A program made the position numbers and the translations under genes. A stretch of 64,000 nucleotides of DNA, from the NCBI RefSeq assembly GCF_009914755.1, contig NC_060933.1; one strand, written 5' to 3'. Shown piece after piece: positions 39,535-51,180 of this stretch (position 1 is the stretch's first letter; each line of letters opens with the position of its first letter). The notes beneath the pieces are model-generated. The model ran no database searches. It saw only the letters and a program-made list of their open reading frames with translations, and was not told the origin of the DNA. Source of the DNA: the human T2T-CHM13v2.0 reference genome, Homo sapiens.

Positions 39535-40010
39535 CTGTATTCAAATACATTTAAGACATTGAGCATCCAGTACATGTAAGACATTATGCTAGAAAGTGGG
39601 GATAACAAGGTGACCAATATAGGTATGTTTTCTGTCCTCATCAAGTTTATAATCCAGAGAGTAATACAAAGCAGTCAACAGGCAAGAACATGTGATAACC
39701 CCTGTGACAGGGGAACCATAAGGTATAATGAGAGTCATAGGAAGGCTCCAGAATTTGACTTGGATTCAAGGAAATATTTAGTAGACTAGGTGATATCTAT
39801 ACAGGCCATGTAGCATTTATACTGAGTCCTGGAGAATGGAGAGGAATTACATGACAAGGAGAGAGAGGGGCTCAGGCAGCAGCAGCAACACAGGCTAACT
39901 GGGAAACTGCCAGCAGTTTAGTATGACCGGGTCTTAGGCTGCAAGGGAGAGAGTCGTAAGAGACAAAACTAGAATGCTAAGCAGAAGCAAGATCATAAAA
40001 AAACTGCAGA
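39535..40010 (-). mobile_element. L2 fragment
   Basis: attcaaatacatttaagacattgagcatccagtacatgtaagacattatgctag..tttctgtcctcatcaagtttataatccag. Confidence 0.65.
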
Positions 40011-40228
40011 GCAAACACAAACACATTTTCTAAAGAACTCTTAATTGTATACGAATAAATGGTAGTTGTTTATTCACATCTTGACAAAAATAGAATAGAA
40101 ACTGAATCTGAAGCCTTAATTGATGATGCTACATTTGGAGTTCTTTCCCGGGATATCAGCTTGCTACAGATCAGATAAGGTTTACAATCAAAACACTGTG
40201 GCCAGTCTCAGGGTTTGCAAATTAGATG

Positions 40229-40365
40229 AGTGGTTCTTAGCGCTGGTTGCAAATCAAGATCACCTGGGGAATTGTAAAATAAACTGATGTCGAGGCCTCA
40301 TCATGAAATCTTGATATAATAGGTCTATATTGGAACTGGATATGGGTATGTTGGTAATTTTTAAA
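40229..40365. mobile_element. Partial MER5-family element
   Basis: agtggttcttagcgctggttgcaaatcaagatcacctggggaattgtaaaataaactgatg. Confidence 0.6.
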
Positions 40366-42496
40366 AGAACGTAAATAGAGGCAGGAAAGAACCCAATGTA
40401 TTTTCTATTCTCAGAAATGATTACGTGTTTTCAGCTAAACCATGAGGTACTTGCACTCTAATTGGGAACACAGCTCCTGCTTTGTTTGTCTTATCAATAG
40501 CTAGCCAAAGAATAGATACTCAAATGAAGACAACTGAGTAACAGATATGGGGTAAAAAGGAAGGCCAAGTATTATATAGTCTGTGGTTAGTATCAGTTAC
40601 CAGTTGTCGAGGGCCTGTATATATGCAATTCTGCATCTACAGAGTACGTGGGTTGCAGCCCAGCTAGCAGACAAAAAAAAAGAGAAAGTGGGATTCTGTG
40701 ATGGGAGGTGGGGAGAAGCCTGTTATAAAAGTCAAAATGTTGAGACTGAAGTTATTGGGACCTTAGCCTGTTGTACATTTATTATAAGGCATTAGGAGAA
40801 ATCTTAATGACAAGAAATAGTGCCAGACAGAAAAATCCAAAGACCTGGGAGCCCTTCTCTCACCTTTTCACTTTTCTTACTCAGTTCAACCAGCAGGAGC
40901 TACAGCTGCATCTTAGATTTTTCTTTTGACTCTTGGATGGTTTGGCTATTTTTAACACTTTTACTTAGATGCTACAAGATGCCGAAAGATCAGTAGTAGC
41001 TGATGAGATGGAACATTTTATAAGACTTGTCTGGATCTCCACGTTACTGCTATACTGACATATATACACACAATTTTATCTAGACCTTAGCTAACGTAGT
41101 ATATATTAGGTATATTAAGAAATTAGTGTTATGTTTACTGCATGAAGTTTGAAGTTCCATTAACTGTTTAAAAAATTTTAGAAGAAAAACTTACAACACT
41201 TGATCACTCCCCTTTTATCTTCCTCAAAAGTGAACAAAAACAGAGCAGGCATTAATTTGACTTTGTCTTTTGGTCAACAGTTGCCTCCCCTAATTCACAA
41301 AAAATTATAGTAAATAAGTTTAAGTTAAAAACCCAATAGCTTATATTGATATCCACAAATACCATATTATAAGTGATCATATTCCAGGCTATAACTTAAT
41401 TTTTAATTTTCAATATTTCCTTAAGTTTACTATACTAAATCTAAGCCTTAGGTTGTTATGCCTTATTTTAGAAATGGAGCCTTTTCAAATATCCAAGCAC
41501 TACTTTCACATATTCCTGTTTTTTGTATGCCTCATACTACAAAGCTACAGTCTTCTTTCCTCTTAAATGTGAATACTCCTTACATAAGCTTTACTGAAAT
41601 TTAATTTGCTTTCTGATTAAAACAAAACGCACAAACTTGCAAAAAAAATATATATAGCCTCCCAGAGGGAAGCTAGATGGTAATCAAAAATTTCCAAAAA
41701 CCGGAGAATGCTTTACTTACAGAAAGCATTTCAAAGCAAAATGCTGAAGTCTTTTGTTTTCCTTGTGGTTTATCCTTATGTAAATTGGCTTAATTTTTTA
41801 AGTTTCTGCAGACAATTTCTTATGAACGTGAAAATAACTTACGAATAAGGTAGAAGCCTCAAACTGATTTCCTTTTCCCTGTAGTTGCTTATAACATGTG
41901 TTTTAAATGGCTTAGTAATTTCTTGATAGAACAGGTACAGGTGGATGGAAAAGGGCTGCTCAAATAAACTCTAAACAAGCTTCAGCCAAGGAGTCTGAAT
42001 GGCCAGGCTATTTTAGCTATTGCCACATTTCTGTTGGGTATAAGGGCATTTGCAGCAAGTCTGTTTGCATAAAATAAGAACTTGTAAAAAGAGAGTAAGG
42101 TTCACTTTTAGGAAAATGTAAGGTACTTCTGTGGATTGGCTGTGACTTCCACTTTGAATTGGAATTCTTCGTTCGAAGTGTAAGGCTTCAGTCTAATTTC
42201 TCAAAATGTTTTCTCTCTATCATAGGCTTACATAAAAACGGCGTCTTGCTATTAAGTTTGTTAGGTTTGCTAGATTGTCAAAAAACAAAATGCTTCTTTG
42301 TTAACTACCTGTTACTTAAAATTCTTTAAAAGATATGTACTCAAAGACAAGTCTCTCTTGGAAGTTTAAGTAGTTCAAATTGCTATCTTTAGTTCTATTT
42401 GAAGCCTATGGATATAGTTTTATCTAAAAAAGTCTTCTTGCTTAGTCTGTTCACAACTTACTTTGGTTTCGAAGGAGGCATTTGGCAAAAGTTAAA

Positions 42497-43017
42497 TGTG
42501 GCTGATTACCACGATTACTTCTCGAGACCCTCACTAAGACAGTTACTACTTGAATCTATCATTACAACAGTTACTATTGTTACTACTTGAGACCTTCATT
42601 ATGAGACGAAAAGAAAGAACATAGAAATGAAAACTTAAGACAAAAGAAACTATTTTAAAGGAAAGATCCAGAGAAAGAAGAAAGGAGCTCCCCGCTTTCA
42701 GTGAGCAAAGGCAACCTCTGAGCGTCTACCGCCCTTCCTATTTATTGTGTAGCAAGAGCAGGGCGGAGCAGGTAACGATTGGTCGGCTGCTTAATTGATA
42801 ACAGGTTTATATTATTACTAACAGGCTTCAGATGTGCCTAATGGCAAGAAACACTGCACTTGGGGCGTGACTGCCCTCGGCATTCCTTCTGGGTGGCAGA
42901 CTCAATTTGTCAGTTTGCTGACATTTTGCATTTATGAGAAACAGTTTGCTGTTTACTCGTACAGCCTCCAGTGGTATATTCAGTAGATCACGACCCTCAT
43001 TCTTTCAGCCTCCATCA
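42497..43017 (-). mobile_element. Solo LTR, LTR10C-like (HERV-I group, ERV1)
   Basis: Minus strand starts tgatggaggctgaaagaatgagggtcgtgatc..ataccactggaggctg and ends cagccaca; direct repeat GTTAAA on both sides (42491-96, 43018-23). Confidence 0.85.
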
Positions 43018-43023
43018 GTTAAA

Positions 43024-43384
43024 TATTGTTTTTGTCCTGTCTCAGCACTCTTTCCATGGGAAAACTAGTTTCCCATACTCTTTAATGAATATCATGTGGT
43101 TCTTCTCATCTACACCACCCACCTTCACATCCCAGGGATACCTCAGTGATTTGCATACAGCTCAGACCTGAATACAGCACCCTACACAGTGATTGGCTAA
43201 AGCCAATTAGCCCCTGGCAGGACCTAGCAAGAAAACCATAATTTAGGATCTGCAGCTCTAAGAATGATCTTAGATATGTCACCAGCTGTTCTGCAGATGT
43301 ATGGAGCAGAAGAGACAGGGCCTGTGGCTTAAGCTTGACTTTTACTTTCGTCACTTGCAACTCCAAAGAATTCTGATATATACA
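43024..43384 (+). mobile_element. Old ERVL/MaLR-type LTR remnant (LTR33/LTR16/MLT1K-like)
   Basis: cacagtgattggctaaagccaatta and 3' terminus gcttaagc..ttcgtcacttgcaactccaaagaattctgatatataca. Confidence 0.55.
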
Positions 43385-43789
43385 GAGAGAAGCTAAGTTG
43401 TTAGGCATTTCTTTTATAATGAAGTGTCATTGTGTCTTTGACATGTGCAAATTCTCAGTTCATGCTTTTTTAAAATACAAGAATGATAGAAACTGAAATG
43501 ACCTTGGATTAAGCATGCTACATAATTGTCACATAATTTGATATTATATTGGATTTTAAGAGAGTGTCTTGGTTTAGGTTAATCACAGAAACACTTTCCA
43601 TAGTGTTGATGATTCTATATAAAATAACTAAAGAGTACCAAGAAATAAAATGAAAATCTACATGATAATGTAATGATTGTTATTCTAATTTTGAAGTAGT
43701 GGCTGTTGCGCTTATGAATGAATGCAGTTAGACCAAAAAGTTAAACCTGACTTAACCCAAGATGTCTATGCCTGTTCTACTAAGATGCT

Positions 43790-44062
43790 GGCTACACTAT
43801 TTTTTTCTGAGGTATTCCAACTGATTTGGGCTGAAATATATTCCACATTTAACGCATTTGGCAACCAATAAGTTAAGCAAAAGTAAAGTTTTTTTTTTTT
43901 ATTGCAGGATTTCTCAGAACCCTGTTTATGATAATGTGTATTGTAAATCTACAAAAGGGAAACAGCATATTCAGCCTTTCTCAAGCTTATTTAATTATGG
44001 AACCATTTGCCAGTAAGCGCTTTTGAGGATTAGTGTTCTATGAGATACAGTTTTCAAAATTT
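43790..44062. mobile_element. MER103C-like hAT-Charlie
   Basis: ttgcaggatttctcagaacc..tatgataatgtgtattgtaaatctac..tttctcaagcttattt..gattagtgttctatgagatacagtttt. Confidence 0.7.
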
Positions 44063-44109
44063 AGGCCCATGTTATGAAAATGAGCCTTGTTCATGGCTTT
44101 CCAGTTGTG

Positions 44110-44221
44110 AATGTATGCATATATGTGTGTATATATATACACACACACATATGTATATAAGTATATATATATACATATATATACACATATATGTATATAC
44201 ATATATATACACACATATATA
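44110..44221 (+). repeat. Compound (TA)n/(CA)n/(TG)n microsatellite
   Basis: Directly visible. Confidence 0.95.
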
Positions 44222-44384
44222 AACCTGTTCAAGTAAATACGAAACCTCTCTTCTTCATCCACTTTACAAGGTAACATGGTAGAAGATCAAGAATACGTTC
44301 ATGTTAACACCAGCTTTTCCACTGCCTACCTGCTTTTTAAGCATATTAACTCACAGCTTTTTGGTGACAATCAAAAAGTATCTA

Positions 44385-44680
44385 CTCTCTTCCGGCTACC
44401 CTTCACCTACTTCTGTGTGTAGTTAACTCCTGCTTATTCTTCAGAAATCAGCTCAAGCGTTGTCACCTTCTGTCAGGTCCTCTTTGCTCCTGTGTATCAT
44501 TATATCATAGCAGATACCACACTGCATGATAAATAATAGCTTTTCTTTTATATACTATTCTCTCCTATTAAACTTTGAGTTACTTTGAAGCCAAAACCAT
44601 GATTTGATAATTTTTATATCTTTGGAGGCAAGCATTTGCCTGACATTTAGTAAGTGCCCAATAAATAGTTGTGCCAGTTG
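44385..44680 (+). mobile_element. L2 3' fragment
   Basis: gttaactcctgcttattcttcagaaatcagctcaagcgttgtcacctt ... gcctgacatttagtaagtgcccaataaatagttg. Confidence 0.7.
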
Positions 44681-45643
44681 AAAAGTCATCCCTTTTAGAT
44701 ACTTACCCTTGCCAATAAATAATTCCAGCTGCTAGTTGATACTACAAGGCTTAATGGATCAAAATATTTGATGCCATCATCACTAAAATCTCTTTTGGCA
44801 GTCTCAAGATGGGGTGCTGCCACCAGTGGTGGAGTACAATACAATAACTGGTATGCCAAAAGAAAACAGATATTCTATTTATTAATAGGCCATTTTACAA
44901 TTAAGGAAATCTTTAATCTTCATGGATATACAACATGCTCATTGTCACTCATATATGGTCACTCATACATAAGGTACCCAAAGTAGTTTTACACAAGAGA
45001 GTGAGTGCTACAATACATGGGTATAAAAATGACATAACTCATTCTTTCTTTTTCCGCAGCACATGCTTAAATAAACTTATAGTTTCTCTTACTGGACTTA
45101 CACTAAATAAATGTTATGAAGTAGATAAATGACTTTAATAAATTCCTTCCAAGCACACCAGTTTGAAGATAAAGCAAAATGTAAGTTATACAAACACCAA
45201 TGAACAAGAAAATTAAAGAAGTAATTTTCTCTAATTTCTATTATAAACATTCAGCCAATTTATAAGGTAAATATAGTAACAGTCTAATCAGAAAATAAAA
45301 CCATAAAATTCCAAACTTATCAAAAAATATTGCACTATGGACTTAAGTCCACTCATAATAAGTTAGCTGGGATTAATGATAGTATAAAGACATTGCAATT
45401 TCTAAGATATTAAAAATATAGCTAATTCCAACTTAATCTAAACTACTGTTAAAACTTTGCATTTTTCTTAGGTATGAACACTTGTACATGCATGCAATTT
45501 ATAAGTAAACAATTATATATAAATTGGTGTGCATGCTCACATTTTATTTCCTGTTATGATGGTGTATATCAAAAAAGATTCAGAGCTCACAACTTCAATT
45601 ATACCAAGTATTTTATAATAGAAGTGTTTCCTAGTAGTTAGGC

Positions 45644-46052
45644 TGTTGGGAAAAAGCTGAGTGTTGGGAGGGAAACTGAGGCAGGGCTTGCATAATGTCC
45701 TCTGGAATGTGTCTAGACTTTCTGGCTCCTTGCTTCTAGCCCTAGATCGATTGTATTCCCATTATCTCAAATAGCAGAACATGTTCCTTATAAATGCTAA
45801 ACCGTCACAGCTGTAGATCATGTGCCTACCCTTTTGACCTCCACATTCTCACCACCTGTTTCTTTGTTGGATTACCAATAAATAGCATGTGCTCCCAGAG
45901 CTCGGGGCCTTCACAACCTCCATACACTAGTGATGCCCCCCCACCCCACCGGGTCCCAGCTTTGTTTCTCGAACTGTCTTTTTCTCAATCCTTTGACTCC
46001 GCCGGTCTTTGTCCACCCGCACGACTTGGTGTTGGGTCTGATCACCCCAACA
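45644..46052 (+). mobile_element. Solo LTR, LTR3-like (HERV-K HML-6 group)
   Basis: tgttgggaaaaagctgagtgttgggag..gaggcagggcttgc ... ggtgttgggtctgatcaccccaaca; TATA-like ttataaat ~45788, AATAAA ~45877; 5-bp TSD taggc/caggc. Confidence 0.85.
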
Positions 46053-46949
46053 CAGGCAGTCCAGTTAGAACTGTGCCTTCCCTTGCCAAAAAGGTTACAC
46101 TCAGGGAATGCTATGTAACCAGTGCTATTCTTCACAAGTGTGAGGAGACAGCAGATGATGAAAGAACCATCAGGCTTACTAGAATTCAACCACAGACCTT
46201 TTGAAAAGCAAATCTCTTATCTCTAGCAACTTTTGTGGGAAGAAGCATTTATAGAACACATTTATATAAATAAATTCAATTATGAACAGTGTATTGGAAA
46301 GGCCCTATAGCCATCATGTTGACTTTTAGCTTAAATTCATTTTATGAAAATTATACAACCAACAATGCCATTCTGAAGAAATTACTTGAAGGAAAGGATA
46401 CTGGATTGACGCTTCTAAACAATGGTTTGTCCAGAGCAGATTGCAGGAGGCCTAAGTACATGCAAATAGAAGAACGGGGTATGAGAGGCAAAGGGGAGGG
46501 CTTTGGATGCAAAACACCTGGGTTCAAATCATAGCTCTGCTTCTTACCATCTGTGACTATCAAAGATTCACTGATCCTTAGTGTCAGTTTCTAAAGTTAT
46601 CAAGTTAAATGTACTCATAAATTTTAGAAAATGGTTTTAATAATAATCACTATTATTACAAAATTAGAATACATAAATATGTAGTCTCCTATATTGCAGA
46701 GCACTAGCCAAAATGAAAACTCAAAACATGACCACTTGACCAAAAGTGGATACGTAATTTTTCCCCACAAAAGCAACAAAAATTCCAATAGCATCTCCTG
46801 GGAATTAGAGGCAAACAGTTGAATTCAGATCAAAGAATGCAAGAATATCTTCAAACATTCTTGCTAAGCTGAAATTCCATCAACACTGATTTCATTGTAA
46901 TTACGATCTTCCTATCAGAAAACATATATTAAGCCCCTAATTACACTGT

Positions 46950-47175
46950 ATAATGCTAATAGCTAACACTTGGTTTCTTACTATGTGCCAGTACTTTTGT
47001 AAGTGCCCCACATATTATTTATACATTTAATCTTTCATAAGTAAGATTTTTTATTTACATTTTACAAATGAGAAAAATAGGCACAGAAAGTCAAAGCAAC
47101 ACGCTAAGTTCACAAAGCCAGGAAGTAAGTAAATCTGTGATTTTAACCTAGCAGTCTGACTTTAGAGCTTGAACT
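46950..47175 (-). mobile_element. MIR
   Basis: ttactatgtgccagtact..cattttacaaatgagaaaataggcacagaaagtcaaagcaac. Confidence 0.75.
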
Positions 47176-47519
47176 AATTATTATTATACAACCCTGCCTC
47201 AACGACAGGCTAACTTTCCCTGCCCTCTGTGTGCTCCATATGTAGAGATGGTAAACTTTCTTAAATGTAAGTGCAAAGAAGTGTAATAGAATTTAAACCT
47301 GACACCAGCATCTGAAAGGAGATTAAATACGACAGCAAATCGTCAGTCCAAGGTTGGGCAAATTTAAGACGGAAGTCCAAAAGGAAATGTGTAAATGAGG
47401 TTTCAGACTCAGGGAAAACCTGGCCTGATCTTAAACTTGTCTTCTTCTTTTCTTGGAAATGCCATGCTCCTTTCTCTTCAGGGTTTACAGATACGCTGTT
47501 TCTTCTTATAGGAACACTA

Positions 47520-47800
47520 ACCCCCAGTATCCTTCAGATATCAATTTCAATCCCCATTTTTTAGAGAGGCTTTTCTTCCTCTCCCCTGAAGTTAGGGAAG
47601 AATCCACAGTCGCATGCTGTTATTATACCTTGCAATTGTTCTTGATACAATCGTCATACTCATAATTATTTGTTATGGTTATTTTTCAATTTCTTTTTTT
47701 CCTTCTAGAGGATAAGCTCTGCATTCTTTCTGGTTCTCTGATACACACCACACACCTAGCACAGAACCTGGCATCTAGTATGTTTCTTAATGAGTGAAGG
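47520..47800 (+). mobile_element. L2 3' fragment
   Basis: ttctagaggataagctct..cacctagcacagaacctggcatctagta..aatgagtgaa. Confidence 0.6.
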
Positions 47801-47843
47801 AAATAATCTAAATCCTGACTAGTGGCTATAAAGGAAAACCATG

Positions 47844-48166
47844 CTGGTAGTGAGGCCTTCAACGTCTATTGGGCACAATGCATACTATTTGGGTAATGAG
47901 TACACGAAAAGCCCAGAATTTACCACCACACAATATACCCATGTAACATAACTACGCCTCAGTGGCAGGCTACTTTCTGGAATAATCCAGAAGTTGCATA
48001 ATATGGCTAGGAACAACTTTTACCTTTTTTGTTTATGTGCAGAAATAGAGGAATGTAATAAAATATCATTCATCACCAGATTCTTTTTTTTTGTTTTAAG
48101 CCTTACACATGATTGTAAATGCTTTGTACCTTTTAATCCATAAAAATAAAAAAAGTAAATGAAATA
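47844..48166 (+). mobile_element. Short L1PB4/L1MA-type 3' end interrupted by a captured local sequence
   Basis: ctattgggcacaatgcatactatttgggtaatgagtacacgaaaagcccagaatttaccaccacacaatatacccatgtaacataact [insert] ttgtaccttttaatccataaaaataaaaaaa; degenerate TSD aaaggaaaaccatg / aaaggaaaatatg. Confidence 0.85.
47957..48131 (+). repeat. Diverged direct-repeat copy A (partner at 49722-49895)
   Basis: Colinear match of roughly 80% by eye, e.g. gcaggcta.tttctggaa.aatccaga; tgtgcagaaa.aga.gaatgtaataaa; ttttaagccttac....gattgtaaatgctt. Confidence 0.93.
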
Positions 48167-48349
48167 AAAGGAAAATATGACCATGATGCCCATGCACCAT
48201 GGGTACAGGAGCACAAGTGATCACCCACTTCTACAAGTTTCTCTCTAAAATTCATCCCAATAACCTAGAGATCCTTCTGAATAGTAGAATTTTTCACTCA
48301 AGCTTCCTGAAAGCACAATCAAAGAAATGACAGTAACGCAAAATAGCAT

Positions 48350-48535
48350 AGGAAAGTGATTAAGAACTTCGACTTGGAAACCATACTGCCTGAATTTTAA
48401 TCCTGGCTCTAATCTCTTCAAGCCCCAGTTTTCACATCTGTAAAATGAGCATAATAAAATAACTTATGAATAGTGTTATAAGAATTGAAATCAGAAGTTC
48501 CATATGATGCATTTTTCACAGTGCCTGGCAATATT
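48350..48535 (+). mobile_element. MIR
   Basis: ctgcctgaattttaatcctggctcta..ccccagttttcacatctgtaaaatgagcataataa. Confidence 0.75.
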
Positions 48536-48963
48536 ACTACCAATAATGATGAAATATATGTTTAGTTTTCAGTGGGAATAAATGAGATAGAGGTATTTTG
48601 TCTCATTGCCAGAAGGTTGTTACTACTAACACTTAGTCTAAACTTCCAGAGGGACAAGCCTGATTAGGTCCAGATATTTCAGCACCACAGAAACAGACAG
48701 AAAAAAGAATCCAAGACTGGAAAAGTAAAAGGAGCTAGGGAAGCGGTTTCAAATTCAGATCGAATGCTGACATACCTTACCAGATTCCCATAGAATGCAG
48801 TATTGAAGGTTGCCACAGGATTGGTGACTACCTTCTTTTTGGAAGTGTGTGTGCTTTCTTCCTCTTGACATTGGAACATTTCATTAAGGAGTTAGCATTT
48901 TCCATTTCAGAGTTATACATCCATCAATGTCTATCCAATATCACTGCAAATATCTCTGTTAGG

Positions 48964-49155
48964 ATATATGCTATATGTATATCACATATATACTATATAT
49001 GTGTATATATATACTATATACATATATATGCATACATATATACTACATATTGTATATATACTATATATACATATATACTATACATGTATATATACTATAT
49101 TGTATATACATATACATATATACTATATATTGTATATACATATATAGTATATATA
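48964..49155 (+). repeat. Degenerate (TA)n-rich simple repeat
   Basis: Directly visible. Confidence 0.95.
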
Positions 49156-49320
49156 CACAATCAAATATATATATTTTGTATATATACAAAATCAAATATA
49201 TATATTTTGTATATATACAAAATCAAATATATATATTTTGTATATATACAAAATCAAATATATATATTTTGTATATATACAAAATCAAATATATATATTT
49301 TGTATATATATATACAAAAT
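49156..49320 (+). repeat. 31-bp minisatellite, ~5 copies (CAAAATCAAATATATATATTTTGTATATATA)
   Basis: TCAAAT recurs at 49161, 49192, 49223, 49254 and 49285 (period 31). Confidence 0.95.
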
Positions 49321-49332
49321 TTCTAAATGTAC

Positions 49333-49581
49333 TTTTTTGAATAACAGCTTTATTGAGATATAATTCACATATCATACAATCTACCCATTTAAAATATGGT
49401 TTCTTCAGTTTTTTGGTACGTTCATAGAGGTGTGCAACTATCACCACATTTTCATCAATTACTCCAAAAATTCTTTCTGTACTCATTAGCTGTCACTGCA
49501 CTTCCATCCACCACCAACCCCCAGCTGTAGGCAACCACGAATTTACTATCTCTATAGATTTCCTTATCCGAACATTTCATT
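49333..49581 (-). mobile_element. L1MB-type 3' end
   Basis: taacagctttattgagatataattcacatatcatacaatctacccatttaaa..gtgtgcaactatcaccaca..gtaggcaaccacgaatttact. Confidence 0.85.
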
Positions 49582-49721
49582 TACTTAATATATTTTTATT
49601 ACTACATGTACTCCTTACCCTATCTTGCAAGGTTGTACCTGGCTTCAGAAAGATGTAACAACTTTGCTTTTACAGTTTTCTTACTCTGACAGAAGGAAAC
49701 CATAGAACCAAAGCAAAAAGA

Positions 49722-49895
49722 CCTCACGAGCAGGCTAGTTTCTGGAACAATCCAGACATTGCAGAACATAGCTGGGAACAATTCATACTTTCTTTTAGTT
49801 TGTGTGCAGAAACAGAAGAATGTAATAAATATCACCCATCATCAGATTGTTTTTTGCTTTTAAGCCTTACGAAGGATTGTAAATGCTTAATACCT
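49722..49895 (+). repeat. Diverged direct-repeat copy B (probable donor of 47957-48131)
   Basis: Aligns with copy A; lies in apparently non-repetitive flanks; bounded by ACCTCAC at 49721-27 and 49892-98. Confidence 0.93.
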
Positions 49896-49964
49896 CACAG
49901 AGATTTTTCTGAAACAATATTAATTTTTTAAAACCAGTGGGTCTTTGATTCATATAATATTAAT

Positions 49965-50265
49965 AGAGTCATGTAATATATGCCAGGCGCTATGCTTAAG
50001 TTTTACAACAATCCTGTGGTAGAAAGTAGGTCAATATTATTATCCACATTTTTTTTTTTTAAAGACAAGGTCTTGATATGTTGCCCAAGCTGGCCTCAAA
50101 CTCCTGGGTGCAGGTGATCTTCCGACCTCAGCCTCCTAAGTGGCTAGAACTCTTATCCCCATTTTAAAGATAAGGAAATTGAGACTCAGAGTAGTAAAGT
50201 AAATATTCCCAAATCATATAACTCATACATGGAAGAAGTAAGAATTAAATTCAGATCTTTCCATT
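49965..50265 (-). mobile_element. MIR split by a FLAM insertion
   Basis: atatgccaggcgctatgcttaag..acaacaatcctgt [FLAM] ttatccccattttaaagataaggaaattgagactcagag. Confidence 0.8.
50048..50151 (-). mobile_element. Truncated Alu monomer (FLAM_A-like)
   Basis: poly(T) then agacaaggtcttgatatgttgcccaagctggcctcaaactcctggg..gatcttccgacctcagcctcc; TSD ttatccacatttt / ttatccccatttt. Confidence 0.88.
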
Positions 50266-50795
50266 TCGTCGTGTCCTTTCCATCATGTTACATTTTCCAC
50301 TCTCAAACAATCAGTCTTTCTGTTATAATTTGACAGGAGCTAACTCTATAAAAATGGTTTATATTTCTCCAAGACCATTTTCCTAAGTTACTGATGGCTA
50401 TAGTTTGGACACTTCTACATGCAACAGAAATGCTTCATTATAATTGATATTGTGGTTCTGAGTACCAAGCCTCATGCAAACAATCCTTTTTGGTTTCCTG
50501 CTTTCCCTGATTCCACATGCAGAAAGGCTTAAGTATTTGAGTTCTAGAGTGTATTGTTTTCCTCAGTCACACCTCAATACATAATATTATCTCCTGGTTA
50601 TTAAATCCCAGTGGGCTTGTTGCAAAATAAAAAATAGCATAAGACCAAAAACAATGTGTGATCATTTTACATAAAGAAACCAGAGCTAGAACTTCAGTAG
50701 GGGGAGAAAAAACAAGAGGGAAAGAACTGGTGATAACAGGTCAGCCCCCGTTAGCAGCAGTGGCATAACATCAGAGAAATGTCTAATCACCTTAC

Positions 50796-51180
50796 CAGTC
50801 ATTGTGGTCTCTTGCTGTGTTTAGGACAGTGTATTTCAGGGTAGATTGCCATTTTCCTAGCTTTTAAGTGCCTTCGGGTTAAAGGCACCGACATTTCCAT
50901 GAGGTTGTACCCATTCAACCTGGGGCAGGAATCATCTTCTGCAGTAAAACAGGGCTGCTTATAGCAGGTTGGATTTCCAGAGTCACTGGCACAAGTCCTC
51001 TCTGAGCAGAAATGGGACGAAGCCAGGCAGGTCTGCATTGACGAATCAGCTGGGCTTGTCTCGGTATAGTAACCTAATAAGCTCCAACTGTGAGAGGCAA
51101 CACTGGTGGTGAGAATCCCGACTGTTGATAGCAACGGGACTTTCTCCAGTAAGCTTGATGAGAAATCCACGTGGTCCTAT
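50796..51180 (-). other. Candidate non-coding or 5'UTR exon
   Basis: Non-repetitive block relatively rich in GC and CpG; ends in donor CTG|GTAAGG (exon end 50796) with ACA-ATG-ACT-G just before it; weak acceptor ttactaacag at 51181-51190. Confidence 0.35.

Noticed and set aside
44820-44832. CCACCAGTGGTGG as a CTCF site
   Set aside because: Lacks the RKGGC part of the core; only a short palindrome
45777-45786. p53 half-site GAACATGTTC in the LTR3-like element
   Set aside because: No adjacent second half-site
49156-49320. CRISPR-like periodic palindromic array
   Set aside because: No unique spacers and no cas genes; eukaryotic low-complexity minisatellite
48847-49340. 159-aa and 121-aa Ile/Tyr-rich ORFs
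   Set aside because: Translations of the TA repeat and minisatellite
50799-51170. 123-aa ORF as a stand-alone protein
   Set aside because: GTG start and no recognisable homology; kept only as a possible uORF within the candidate exon
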